A stretch of 64,000 nucleotides of DNA from Clostridiaceae bacterium. GTDB lineage: Bacteria; Bacillota; Clostridia; CAYPLH01; DUMO01. Positions within the stretch are counted from its first letter, which is position 1. Every line of letters begins with the position of its first letter. Under the pieces are notes generated by a model. That model saw only the letters and a list, made by a program, of their open reading frames with translations. It searched no databases and had not been told where the DNA came from. Position numbers and translations under genes: made by a program. The DNA lies in NCBI GenBank assembly GCA_012839865.1, contig DUMO01000019.1, forward strand, positions 62,001-126,000. Direction: 5' to 3'. Positions 19,386 to 29,345 of this stretch are shown one piece after another.

Positions 19386-22052
19386 ATGAAGGAAAATATG
19401 ACTCAGGATATTGTAGATAATATTGAAAAACTGGATGCAGCAATTGCCCGGGTAAGAAACGCCCAGAAAGTATTTGCCTCTTACAGTCAGGAACAGGTTG
19501 ATAAAATCTTTCTTGCAGCTGCACTGGCTGCAAACAGGGAAAGAATCCGCCTGGCCAGGCTGGCAGTTGAAGAAACCGGAATGGGCGTTGTGGAGGATAA
19601 GGTTATAAAAAACCACTATGCATCAGAGTATATATACAATGCATATAAAAATGTAAAAACATGCGGTGTCCTTTATGAAGACAAAGCCTACGGCATAAAG
19701 AAAATTGCAGAACCTGTAGGACTTATTGCCGCCGTCATACCAACAACAAATCCAACATCAACAGCAATTTTTAAAATACTAATCTCATTGAAAACAAGAA
19801 ACGGTATAATTATCAGCCCTCATCCAAGAGCCAGGAAATGTACAATTGAAGCTGCCAAGATAATTCAAAAGGCAGCAGTGGAAGCAGGCGCACCCGAAGG
19901 AATAATCGGCTGGATTGATGTTCCCTCCCTTGAAGCCACCAACCATCTTATGAAATCTGCGGATTTGATACTGGCTACAGGAGGTCCCGGCATGGTTGCA
20001 GCTGCATATTCATCCGGCAAACCTGCCATAGGCGTCGGTCCCGGCAACACCCCTGCAATTCTTGACGATTCTTGTGACATCCAGCTTGCAGTCAACTCAA
20101 TAATCCATTCAAAAACCTTTGATAATGGAATGATTTGCGCTTCAGAGCAATCAGTAATAGTAATGGATGACATTTACTCAAAGGTAAAAGCGGAATTTAC
20201 GCAGAGGGGCTGCTATTTCCTAAAAGAAGACGAGTTGGAGAAGGTTCGGAAAACCATTTTGATAAACGGGGCTTTAAATGCTAAAATAGTCGGGCAGACA
20301 GCAGAGAAAATCGCGGAACTTGCAGGAATAACAGTACCACAAAATACTAAAATACTTATAGGTGAAGTTGAAAACGTTGATATATCAGAGGAGTTTGCCC
20401 ATGAGAAGCTCTCCCCCGTTCTTGCCATGTACAGGGTAAAAAGCTTTGAAGAAGCTCTGGATAAAGCTGAAAGGCTTGTGGCTGACGGAGGCTTTGGCCA
20501 TACGGCTTCAATATATCTTAATATTCTTACGGCACAGGAAAGACTTCAGGAATTCACCACGAGAATGAAAACATGCCGTATTCTCATAAATACACCTTCC
20601 GCCCAGGGCGGTATTGGAGACATATACAATTTCAAGCTCAAACCTTCCCTTACCCTCGGCTGCGGCACATGGGGAGGAAACTCTGTTTCTGAAAATGTAG
20701 GGGTAAATCACCTTCTAAATATCAAAACCGTCGCTGAAAGAAGGGAAAACATGCTCTGGTTCAGGACTCCTCAAAAAGTTTATATCAAGCGCGGCTGCCT
20801 GCCGGTTGCATTGGATGAACTTAAAAATGTTTTGAACAGGAAAAAGGCATTTATAGTCACCGATTCCTTCCTGTATAAAAACGGTTACACCAAACCGGTA
20901 ACCGACAAACTGGACGAAATGGGAATCAAGTACACAGTATTTTTCGATGTAATGCCGGACCCGACACTTCAATGTGCCAAAGAAGGTGCAAAATCCATGG
21001 CGGCCTTTGAACCGGACATTATAATTGCAATTGGCGGCGGATCTGCAATGGATGCAGCCAAAATCATGTGGGTGCTATATGAACACCCCGAAGCTGATTT
21101 CATGGACATGGCAATGCGGTTTATGGATATTCGAAAACGTGTGTACGCCTTCCCCAAAATGGGTGAGAAAGCTTATTTTGTAGCTATTCCCACCACCTCC
21201 GGTACAGGAAGTGAAGTTACACCTTTTGCAGTAATAACAGATGAAAAGACCGGTGTGAAGTATCCTCTGGCAGACTATGAACTTCTGCCGAACATGGCAA
21301 TAGTGGATGCAGATATGATGATGGACCAGCCTAAAGGACTTACCGCAGCTTCAGGCATAGACGCCCTTACCCACGCCCTGGAAGCCTATGCATCAATGAT
21401 GGCTACAGACTTTACCGACAGTTTGGCACTAAAGGCTGTCAAAATTATATTTGAATATTTGCCCAGGGCTTATAAATACGGTGCAACCGACCCGGAAGCC
21501 AGGGAAAAAATGGCCAACGCTTCCACCATGGCAGGCATGGCCTTTGCAAACGCATTCCTCGGGGTTTGTCATTCCATGGCTCACAAACTTGGCGCATTCC
21601 ACCACCTGCCTCATGGTATAGCCAATGCGCTTATGATTGATGAAGTTTTAAGGTTCAATGCTTCAGATACACCGGCAAAAATGGGGACCTTCCCTCAATA
21701 CGTTTACCCCGGTACTTTATCCAGGTATGCACAAATTGCCGACTACCTTGGCATCAAAGGTGAAACGGACCAGGAAAAGCTGGATACTCTTATTGCAGCA
21801 ATTGAAATTTTGAAAGAAAAGGTTGGTATCAAAAAAACAATCAAGGATTATGGCATAGATGAAGAAATTTTTCTGGCTACATTGGATGAAATGGTTGAGC
21901 AGGCCTTTGATGACCAGTGCACAGGCACCAACCCGAGATACCCCCTGATGAGCGAAATAAGAGAAATGTATCTGGCAGCATACTATGGGAGAAAAAATCC
22001 CGGGCAGACCACCAAAAAATTAGTTCCGGTCAGGGCAAAACAGGCACGGTAA
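19386..22052 (+). CDS. adhE: Bifunctional acetaldehyde-CoA/alcohol dehydrogenase
   Basis: ATGGPGMV, GVGPGNTP, DNGMICASEQS, EKLSPVL, LGCGTWGG, GGGSAMDAAK, TSGTGSEVT, CHSMAHK. Confidence 0.97.
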   Translation: MKENMTQDIVDNIEKLDAAIARVRNAQKVFASYSQEQVDKIFLAAALAANRERIRLARLAVEETGMGVVEDKVIKNHYASEYIYNAYKNVKTCGVLYEDKAYGIKKIAEPVGLIAAVIPTTNPTSTAIFKILISLKTRNGIIISPHPRARKCTIEAAKIIQKAAVEAGAPEGIIGWIDVPSLEATNHLMKSADLILATGGPGMVAAAYSSGKPAIGVGPGNTPAILDDSCDIQLAVNSIIHSKTFDNGMICASEQSVIVMDDIYSKVKAEFTQRGCYFLKEDELEKVRKTILINGALNAKIVGQTAEKIAELAGITVPQNTKILIGEVENVDISEEFAHEKLSPVLAMYRVKSFEEALDKAERLVADGGFGHTASIYLNILTAQERLQEFTTRMKTCRILINTPSAQGGIGDIYNFKLKPSLTLGCGTWGGNSVSENVGVNHLLNIKTVAERRENMLWFRTPQKVYIKRGCLPVALDELKNVLNRKKAFIVTDSFLYKNGYTKPVTDKLDEMGIKYTVFFDVMPDPTLQCAKEGAKSMAAFEPDIIIAIGGGSAMDAAKIMWVLYEHPEADFMDMAMRFMDIRKRVYAFPKMGEKAYFVAIPTTSGTGSEVTPFAVITDEKTGVKYPLADYELLPNMAIVDADMMMDQPKGLTAASGIDALTHALEAYASMMATDFTDSLALKAVKIIFEYLPRAYKYGATDPEAREKMANASTMAGMAFANAFLGVCHSMAHKLGAFHHLPHGIANALMIDEVLRFNASDTPAKMGTFPQYVYPGTLSRYAQIADYLGIKGETDQEKLDTLIAAIEILKEKVGIKKTIKDYGIDEEIFLATLDEMVEQAFDDQCTGTNPRYPLMSEIREMYLAAYYGRKNPGQTTKKLVPVRAKQAR

Positions 22053-22237
22053 CAGGCACCGAATCCTGTTAGAACCAGTTTCACGGACAAACTGCATTAA
22101 TTTTGACAATAGTTTGATCAGAGCATGAAACAAAAGTATTTTAAACAGCAACTTTATGACAAGGCTTGGCATTATTGAAATGCCTGCTCTGAACAACCCG
22201 AATCCTGCTATAAGGTTTATATAGATCCACAAAAGTC

Positions 22238-22311
22238 TGGAGCAAAAAACCTGATTCGTTTGTATGACAAAGCTTAAATAATGCACAATGAGAGTCAGGT
22301 TTTTTGCTCCA
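22238..22311. terminator. 19-bp inverted repeat between convergent adhE and histidine kinase genes
   Basis: TGGAGCAAAAAACCTGATT...AGTCAGGTTTTTTGCTCCA. Confidence 0.6.
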
Positions 22312-22347
22312 TTAACTTTTGAGCAATTTACAAAAGCTTAAATACCC

Positions 22348-24132
22348 TTAACTCATACTTGAGCTTTTCGTCTTTATATTGTATGCGGATACTATTTTAG
22401 GGAAGGTTACGGTTACCTGAGTTCCTTTATTTAATTCGCTGTCAATTTTAAGGCCATAATCATCGCCAAAAAGCATTTTTATTCTGGCATTGATATTAGC
22501 CAGGCCAATACTTCTGTTGCTTCGGTTTAAGCTGTTTGTTTCAATTTGTTCATTGATTATCCGGTTAATTTCGTCTACTTCCTCTTTTTTTATTCCGACA
22601 CCGTCGTCCTGTATTGCAAAAACCACCTTGTCCTGTACAACTCCTCCCATAATATAAAGGTTTCCGGAGCCATCTTTTCTTTCGAGACCATGATACACCG
22701 CATTTTCAACAATAGGCTGCAGTATCATTTTAGGTATTTTAAAGTCCAGAATCTCCCTGTCGATTGAATCCTGCATACTAATGCGCCCCATAAAACGTAT
22801 GCTTATAATTCTGAAATATCTTTTTATAATATCAACCTCATCTCTTATTGCAACTATTTCGTCGCTCTTAATGCTGTATCTGAATATATCGGCCATGGCA
22901 CCGGAAATTTCGACCACTTCCTCAACATCATAACTGATGCCTATACTTCTCACGCATTCCAGGGTGTTATACAAAAAATGGGGATTGATTTGATTTTGCA
23001 GCGCAGACAGCTCCGCCTGCTTCTTTAAAATTTCCACCTGGTACAGCTTATCCTGGGTATCAAATACTCTCTTTGCCAATTGCTCTATCCTGTCAAGCAT
23101 TATATTTATATTTTGGGTGATAAATCCCATATCACCGTCAAGCTTTAATTCTATTCTTTCTTTTAAATTTCTCTCTCCAACTTTCTTTATGGCGTCTACT
23201 ATTTTAACCACCGGCGAAGTGATACCAATATTAATCACTACTCCTATCATTATAAGCAGAAGTATGGTTATTGCAGCTGTAATCAGAAAACTGTTCTTAA
23301 AAAAGGACATGTCGTTTTTCACTATTAACGGTACAAAACATTCTATTTTGCAATTAATATCGTCAATATATCGTGTTGTATGAAAATACTCCGAATTGTT
23401 TCCGGAATCCATTCCCTCATTGTCAACGCTGTTTGAGAATAAAACTTTGTCATTGCTGTCTTTCAATATCACTGTTGTATTGGATAGTGAAAGACGCTCT
23501 ATCGGATATGCAAAGCGTTTGATGTCGCATATTATTATCAAGGTTCCTATCCTGCCCTTGTAACGTGGGAGATCTCCGGAATAAAATATTGGAATCAGGT
23601 ATGCAAGGTAATCTTTTTCTTCACGGAGTATATCCACGTCTGTAAAAATTGTAAAAAATGAGTTGCGAAAATTTTCCGACAAGAAATCATATTTTGATTC
23701 AAGCTTATAAATATGTCTGGTGGTTTCAGGTATTTGCTTGAACATAAATAATCTGCCTTCAGAATCTACCAATACCGCTGCCGATATGTACTCACTGTTG
23801 AAGGTAGTATAAAAGAGATCAGTAATGTAGTCGCTCAGCTCTACTTTTCTGTACGAATTATCGACAGTCAGGTAATCATGAAGAAATAGGTTGTAGGAAA
23901 TATCTTTTCCGGAAGTCTTGATGGTATTAATTACACTGCGAATATTAAACTCAATCTGGTTTACCGTATCCTCAGCATATAATCTGACCTGTTCATAAAT
24001 CGTCCGGCTCAGACGGCTGTAAAAAATCCCGTTAAACACCATGATAATGCAAATGGAAAAGCTTATCAGCAAATACAGCCTGTGGCTCAGTTTTAAATTT
24101 CTAAACGAAAGCTTTCTTTTGACACTTTCCAA
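22348..24132 (-). CDS. YesM-type sensor histidine kinase
   Basis: Two TMs, HAMP, QINPHFLYNTLE, LQPIVENAVYHG, DDGVG, SIGLANI. Confidence 0.92.
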   Translation of the reverse strand: MESVKRKLSFRNLKLSHRLYLLISFSICIIMVFNGIFYSRLSRTIYEQVRLYAEDTVNQIEFNIRSVINTIKTSGKDISYNLFLHDYLTVDNSYRKVELSDYITDLFYTTFNSEYISAAVLVDSEGRLFMFKQIPETTRHIYKLESKYDFLSENFRNSFFTIFTDVDILREEKDYLAYLIPIFYSGDLPRYKGRIGTLIIICDIKRFAYPIERLSLSNTTVILKDSNDKVLFSNSVDNEGMDSGNNSEYFHTTRYIDDINCKIECFVPLIVKNDMSFFKNSFLITAAITILLLIMIGVVINIGITSPVVKIVDAIKKVGERNLKERIELKLDGDMGFITQNINIMLDRIEQLAKRVFDTQDKLYQVEILKKQAELSALQNQINPHFLYNTLECVRSIGISYDVEEVVEISGAMADIFRYSIKSDEIVAIRDEVDIIKRYFRIISIRFMGRISMQDSIDREILDFKIPKMILQPIVENAVYHGLERKDGSGNLYIMGGVVQDKVVFAIQDDGVGIKKEEVDEINRIINEQIETNSLNRSNRSIGLANINARIKMLFGDDYGLKIDSELNKGTQVTVTFPKIVSAYNIKTKSSSMS

Positions 24133-24190
24133 ATGAATTTCCCCTTAATCTACTGAAAAAAAATTAATAGCTGCAATTTGACATTCCATA

Positions 24191-24967
24191 TCAATTCTGC
24201 AGTGCATCTTTTGCCTTGCTCAGCCTGTACTGCAAGGGAGTACAGGAATATAACCTCTTAAAGGTTTTATTGAAATAATAATAATCATTATACCCGCTTT
24301 TTTGTGCAATCTCGGATATTGGCAATGTAGTGCCTTTCAATAGTTTGCAGGCTTTTTCAAGTCTTTTTTGGGTAATATATTCTGAAAATGAAATACCTAT
24401 TATGTTTTTAAACAGATAGCAGCAATAGTTGGGGTTCAGGAAAAATTTTGCCGCAAGGGACTTAAGCTGTAAATTCTGGTCAAAGTTTGCATCAATGTAG
24501 TCAAGAAGCTCCCGAAAACTCTCGTTATAGATTTTATCTCTGTATTCTCCGCTTTCCTTTTGCTCGGAACGGCTTTCCCTATTTTTCATTTTCTTTTCAA
24601 GATGTTTCCTGAGCCTTTCAAGAAGCGAATCTGCAACCTGCCTGTCAAGTGGTTTCAGGCAATACTCAAAAGCCCCGAGGGATATCGCCTTTCTGGCATA
24701 TTCAAACTCGGCAAACCCGCTTATTATCACAAACTCCACATTGTCGAACTTGCTGCGGACCTTTTCCATAAGTTCAATTCCTGAAAACATAGGCATTCTT
24801 ATGTCGGTAAATACAACGTCCGGATGATTTTCAAAAATAACATCAATTGCTTCCTGCGGTCTTGTAGTTTGAAAAATCAGATTAAATCCATATTCTTTCC
24901 ATTTAAAAGTTTTGGAAATTCCCAGAAGTGTCCAGGGCTCGTCCTCCACAAGCACTACTTTATACAT
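24191..24967 (-). CDS. YesN-type response regulator (REC + AraC)
   Basis: VEDE, TDIRMP, SGFAEFEYA, LKP; AraC HTHs. Confidence 0.92.
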   Translation of the reverse strand: MYKVVLVEDEPWTLLGISKTFKWKEYGFNLIFQTTRPQEAIDVIFENHPDVVFTDIRMPMFSGIELMEKVRSKFDNVEFVIISGFAEFEYARKAISLGAFEYCLKPLDRQVADSLLERLRKHLEKKMKNRESRSEQKESGEYRDKIYNESFRELLDYIDANFDQNLQLKSLAAKFFLNPNYCCYLFKNIIGISFSEYITQKRLEKACKLLKGTTLPISEIAQKSGYNDYYYFNKTFKRLYSCTPLQYRLSKAKDALQN

Positions 24968-25314
24968 ACTGATCACCCGATCCATATGATTTTATTTATG
25001 CAATCAGGCTTATGCTGTTGTTCCAAAATTTATTGGTTATCTGCGTAGGTACAGCCTGTAATAATATTTTATATTTCATATACTATAATATCATAAATTT
25101 TTTATTTTTAATACTGTTTTTTCCACAAAAAAGTAAAAAGGTTTGGTACTTTTCAGATACTTTATTATAAACCATGATCCTCATACAGCAGGAAAACACA
25201 GTTGAAAGACCTTGGAATCACAAACAAAGGCCTTTCACTTAAAGTGTTTACTTTTGATTTGATAAAAGGCTGCCATCTTAAAATCAATGGCAGCCTTATA
25301 TCAAATTTTACGAA

Positions 25315-26940
25315 TTATTTACCAAGCAAACCATCATTGAGTTCCTTGATAACCAAGTCTACCTGTGCTTTCTTGGATTCGAGGAAAGCATTCCATTCTT
25401 TTTCTACATCTTCATATTTTGAATCAATTATAATTTGAATGACCTTATCACTTATATCCCTTGCGAAGCTGCCGTATTTGTCTTTATTCTCTGCTCTGAA
25501 CAATGCTATATTGTAGTCTGTTTCAACAAGTACTCCGTTATCCCTGAGGAATATGCAGTAGTCGTATGCATCCTTACCGGATTTGCAGCCTTCATAATTG
25601 GGATTTATGAAACCGAATCCCTCAGTTACACCGATGGAGAGATATGCATCGCGGCCCAGGTCGAGAGGATAATCTGCGGGACGCTCATACCTCTGGGTTT
25701 CAGAATTGTAAGGCCACAAGTATTTAACTCCGTCGCCTTCAAACTCCCAGTCAATCCCCCTGATACCAATTTGTCTTGTGTAGTAGCCTTCAGGTGAAAG
25801 CATCCAATCCCAGGCCTTCATCAATCTGTCAAACTTGGCATCTGACATTTCTGCGCTGAATACGGATATGCACCAGTATTCGGTGTTCTTAATGCCAACA
25901 AATCTGCCGTTGGGTGATTTAACCTTCATGAACTGAATATCATCATATTCAAAACCTGGAATATTTTCTTTCATAGCTTTTCTGAACCAGGCAAGCTGAT
26001 CCGGGAATACGTTGTCATACAGTATTGCCAATTCACCGGCCAGGAATTTCGAAACTGCTTCATCACCTTTTGCAAGGGGCTGGTCTACCCAGATTATGCC
26101 GGAATCGTACAGCTGTTTGACTATCTTGATTCCTTCCAGATATTCAGGTGCTCTTGCGTTCCATTCATATCCGTTGGCTGTCAGGAAATATCCGTTAGCA
26201 CCTGTTATGCCTCCGGTCATCTGCTCAATTCCCATAGAACTCGGCCATGCCCATGATTGACAGCCCATGCCTGCAATCTTGTTTTTGCCGGCATTGCCAG
26301 GATCCTTTTCAATACACTGTCTTGCAAATTCCACCATCTCATCCCATGTATAAGTGTTGTCGTCTTTAGCAAGGCCAAGCTTTTCAGCCCAGTCTCTTCT
26401 GTATAGGAAACCTCTGTTGGATATGTTGTCAACGATCGTAGCATCACGTGTGCAGGGCCACAGGTATTTCTTGCCATCAACTGCAAGAATGTCGTCCAGT
26501 TTCATTTTTTCCAGCTGCTCATGAACATACTGGTATTTTTCGGTTCCTTTCAACTCTCTGATTAGTCCTGCCTCTACCCATGAATAGTAGTCCTGAGCCA
26601 TGGAGGTTCCGAAATCAATCCATACAATATCAGGAATATCGCCTGATGACATCCATATTCTTACTTTCTGTCCCCAGTCATTCCAGTTTACCGGCAGGAA
26701 GTTGAATTCAATCTTGAACTGTTCTCTCCACCTCTTCAGTTTTTCATCCTTCAGCCATTCCTTCTCCGCTCCAAGGATATTTACACTGTAGACGTAGGTC
26801 TTGGTACCGTCATCAATTGTATCCCCTCTGCTGTCATCTGAATTTGTCTGTTGCGGCTGAACTACGCATCCTGACAACATTGAACCCATAAAACAGATTA
26901 CCAGGATCAGACTGATGATGAGTGTCCATTTTGACTTCAT
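25315..26940 (-). CDS. Carbohydrate ABC substrate-binding lipoprotein (LplA-like)
   Basis: Signal peptide with lipobox LSGC from MKSKW; SSGDIPD, YRRDWAEKLG, GIRGIDW. Confidence 0.88.
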   Translation of the reverse strand: MKSKWTLIISLILVICFMGSMLSGCVVQPQQTNSDDSRGDTIDDGTKTYVYSVNILGAEKEWLKDEKLKRWREQFKIEFNFLPVNWNDWGQKVRIWMSSGDIPDIVWIDFGTSMAQDYYSWVEAGLIRELKGTEKYQYVHEQLEKMKLDDILAVDGKKYLWPCTRDATIVDNISNRGFLYRRDWAEKLGLAKDDNTYTWDEMVEFARQCIEKDPGNAGKNKIAGMGCQSWAWPSSMGIEQMTGGITGANGYFLTANGYEWNARAPEYLEGIKIVKQLYDSGIIWVDQPLAKGDEAVSKFLAGELAILYDNVFPDQLAWFRKAMKENIPGFEYDDIQFMKVKSPNGRFVGIKNTEYWCISVFSAEMSDAKFDRLMKAWDWMLSPEGYYTRQIGIRGIDWEFEGDGVKYLWPYNSETQRYERPADYPLDLGRDAYLSIGVTEGFGFINPNYEGCKSGKDAYDYCIFLRDNGVLVETDYNIALFRAENKDKYGSFARDISDKVIQIIIDSKYEDVEKEWNAFLESKKAQVDLVIKELNDGLLGK

Positions 26941-27007
26941 AAATATATCCTCCTTCTTTTTATTATATTTAAATACCGGCTTTAAAAGCCTGGATAAGCT
27001 AAAGTAA

Positions 27008-27925
27008 TTAAGATTTAACAGCACCTGTTGTAAGGCCTTTTACGAAATATTTCTGCAGGAACGGATATACTGCCATTATCGGGATGGTAGTAACCATAAT
27101 GGTGGCCATCTTCATTCCTTCGGAATATACCCTTTTAGCGATTGTTGCAGGTACATTCGGATTAGCTTTCATATATTCTGTAATTACATCCATCAGTATC
27201 AACTGCAGAGGCCTTTTCCAGGCATCCTGGATGAAAAGCATCCCCAGGTAGTATTCATTCCACCTGTCAACTCCGTAATACAGTCCTATAGTGACCAGCA
27301 ACGGTATGGACAGCGGCAAATAAATTTTAGCAAAAACTGTCATTTCACTGGCACCTTCAATGAGGGCGGACTCCTCAAGTTCCTTAGGAAGGTTGGAAAA
27401 GTAATCACGCATTATTACCATGTAACCAATTCCTATCCCTGTTGGCCATATCATGCTGAATATGCTGTTAACCAGTTTCAGGTTGACCATCAGCAGATAA
27501 AATGGTATTAACCCACCCCCAAAGTACATCGTGACCATAATCCCGAAACTTACAAGCTTTGTTCCGGGGTATTGTTTTGACAAACAATAAGCGAGAGTTG
27601 TTGTAAGAAACAACTGGTAAGCTACACCTACAACCACTACAAATATAGTCACAAGAAAGCCCCGCCACAGGTGGGTCGACGTAAACAACAACTCGTATGC
27701 AAGAAAATCAGGCTTCTTCGGAAACAGCATCAAAGGAGTTCTATAATATTCAAATTCAGTAGCAATAGACACTACAAATGTATTATAAAAGGGGTAGAAT
27801 ACCAAAAACGCAAATATTCCAATCATTATGATTATAATTATGTCAAAAGCTTCGTACTTCTTTATCTTTTTTAGTTCCTTTTCTTTTTTTTCTTTCTGAT
27901 TTAAAATTCTATCAACCAGCTGCAT
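27008..27925 (-). CDS. Carbohydrate ABC permease (LplC-like)
   Basis: YFGGGLIPFY, ELEESALIEGASE, WNEY, YPFLQKYFVKG. Confidence 0.9.
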   Translation of the reverse strand: MQLVDRILNQKEKKEKELKKIKKYEAFDIIIIIMIGIFAFLVFYPFYNTFVVSIATEFEYYRTPLMLFPKKPDFLAYELLFTSTHLWRGFLVTIFVVVVGVAYQLFLTTTLAYCLSKQYPGTKLVSFGIMVTMYFGGGLIPFYLLMVNLKLVNSIFSMIWPTGIGIGYMVIMRDYFSNLPKELEESALIEGASEMTVFAKIYLPLSIPLLVTIGLYYGVDRWNEYYLGMLFIQDAWKRPLQLILMDVITEYMKANPNVPATIAKRVYSEGMKMATIMVTTIPIMAVYPFLQKYFVKGLTTGAVKS

Positions 27926-28023
27926 TCCAATCCTCTCCTCTTGTTCCACAATGCAGTTCTCCACACCTCTGGCAGGTCACCAGGATATGTTAAGCCGTAC
28001 AAAATTCAGTACCGCCATGCTTT

Positions 28024-29013
28024 TTACAATATACCTCTTCTTTGTCCGCTATATTTACTGGCAAAAGTGTTGGCAGTCATCAACATCACCAGATTTATAA
28101 CTCCCTTAAACAAGCCTACTGCTGTTGTAAAGGAGAAGTCCACGCCTCGTTCGAAAGTAAGCCGGTACACATAAGTGTCTATAATATCACCTGTAGAATA
28201 CACAACCGGATTGTACAGAAAATATACCTGAAGAAAATTACCCTCGATTACGTGGCCTATATTCATTATTAACATGAGCAATACCATGCTCTTCATTCCG
28301 GCCCAGGTTATATGCCACATCTTTTGATACCTGTTGGCTCCGTCCACGGTTGCCGCTTCATATAGTGCCGGGTCTATTGATGTTATGACCGCCAGGTATA
28401 TAATACTCGACCAACCGGCTTCTTTCCAGACACCGCTGTAAACGAGAATATATCGAAAGGAGGCCGGATTCATAAGAAAATTTACTCTATGAAGTCCAAT
28501 CAATTCAAGAAAATTATTTACTGCACCCTGATTGGCCAGAAGGTTGAAAGCTATACCTCCTATTACTATCCACGACAAAAAGTGCGGGAAAGTTAAAACC
28601 GTTTGAATTACCCTTTTATATTTGGTCAAAGAAATTTCATTTATCAGGATCGCCAGAATTATAGGCACCGGAAAACCCAATGCAATTCTCATGAAAGAAA
28701 TAACTATGGTATTTTTGAATGCTCTCCAGAATTCCGGTGCCTCCCACAGATCGTAGAAGTTTTTCAATCCTATCCATTCTCCGCTTGTAAAGGAACCTTG
28801 ATAGGAAAATTTCTTAAAAGCAATCTGTAAACCATAAATCGGTATATACTTAAAGATTATAAAATATAAAATTCCAGGAATCATAAGGAGATAAACGTAT
28901 TTTCCCCTTTTGATGTCTTTAAAAAGCTTTTTGATTTTTTTCTTTCGCTGTTCGGCTTTGTAGATCCTGAATTGTTCTCTGTAATCATTGGTTTGCGCAT
29001 TTTCCTGATACAT
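28024..29013 (-). CDS. Carbohydrate ABC permease (LplB-like)
   Basis: KYIPIYGLQIAF, PHFLSW, LYEAATVDGANR, DIIDTYVYR. Confidence 0.9.
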   Translation of the reverse strand: MYQENAQTNDYREQFRIYKAEQRKKKIKKLFKDIKRGKYVYLLMIPGILYFIIFKYIPIYGLQIAFKKFSYQGSFTSGEWIGLKNFYDLWEAPEFWRAFKNTIVISFMRIALGFPVPIILAILINEISLTKYKRVIQTVLTFPHFLSWIVIGGIAFNLLANQGAVNNFLELIGLHRVNFLMNPASFRYILVYSGVWKEAGWSSIIYLAVITSIDPALYEAATVDGANRYQKMWHITWAGMKSMVLLMLIMNIGHVIEGNFLQVYFLYNPVVYSTGDIIDTYVYRLTFERGVDFSFTTAVGLFKGVINLVMLMTANTFASKYSGQRRGIL

Positions 29014-29189
29014 CTTGTATCTCCTCGAATTAATTGGAATTAAATTCAATTTTATTATAGCTATAGAGTACTATAAGAAAAATGCAAAAAACTCAGAAAA
29101 TTTTGTACATAACTCACAATTTCCATCCAAAACAGGTCCGATTTTATGTATATAATGGCAGCTGTTTCCATAAATACTCCGTAAAAACA

Positions 29190-29218
29190 AAGGGGAGCAT
29201 TTCCAGGCTGCCCCCCTT
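29190..29218 (-). terminator. Intrinsic terminator after the GH38 gene
   Basis: Minus strand AAGGGGGGCAGC...GCTCCCCTT-TGTTTTT. Confidence 0.65.
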
Positions 29219-29345
29219 GGCAATATGTAGTAAATCAAATCAACTGATAGCTTTAAATTTCATATCGTATATATTGTTCAAGTATATTTTTCAATAATTA
29301 TCTGGCGATGCTTATACATCCGTTGAATACCGCCCTGGTCTTGAT

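Noticed and set aside
21985..22052. Shared basic C-terminal tails on AdhE, the acyl-CoA ligase and the short CNNM as a targeting signal
   Set aside because: Only vague similarity (VPV, terminal AR); explainable by stop-codon drift.
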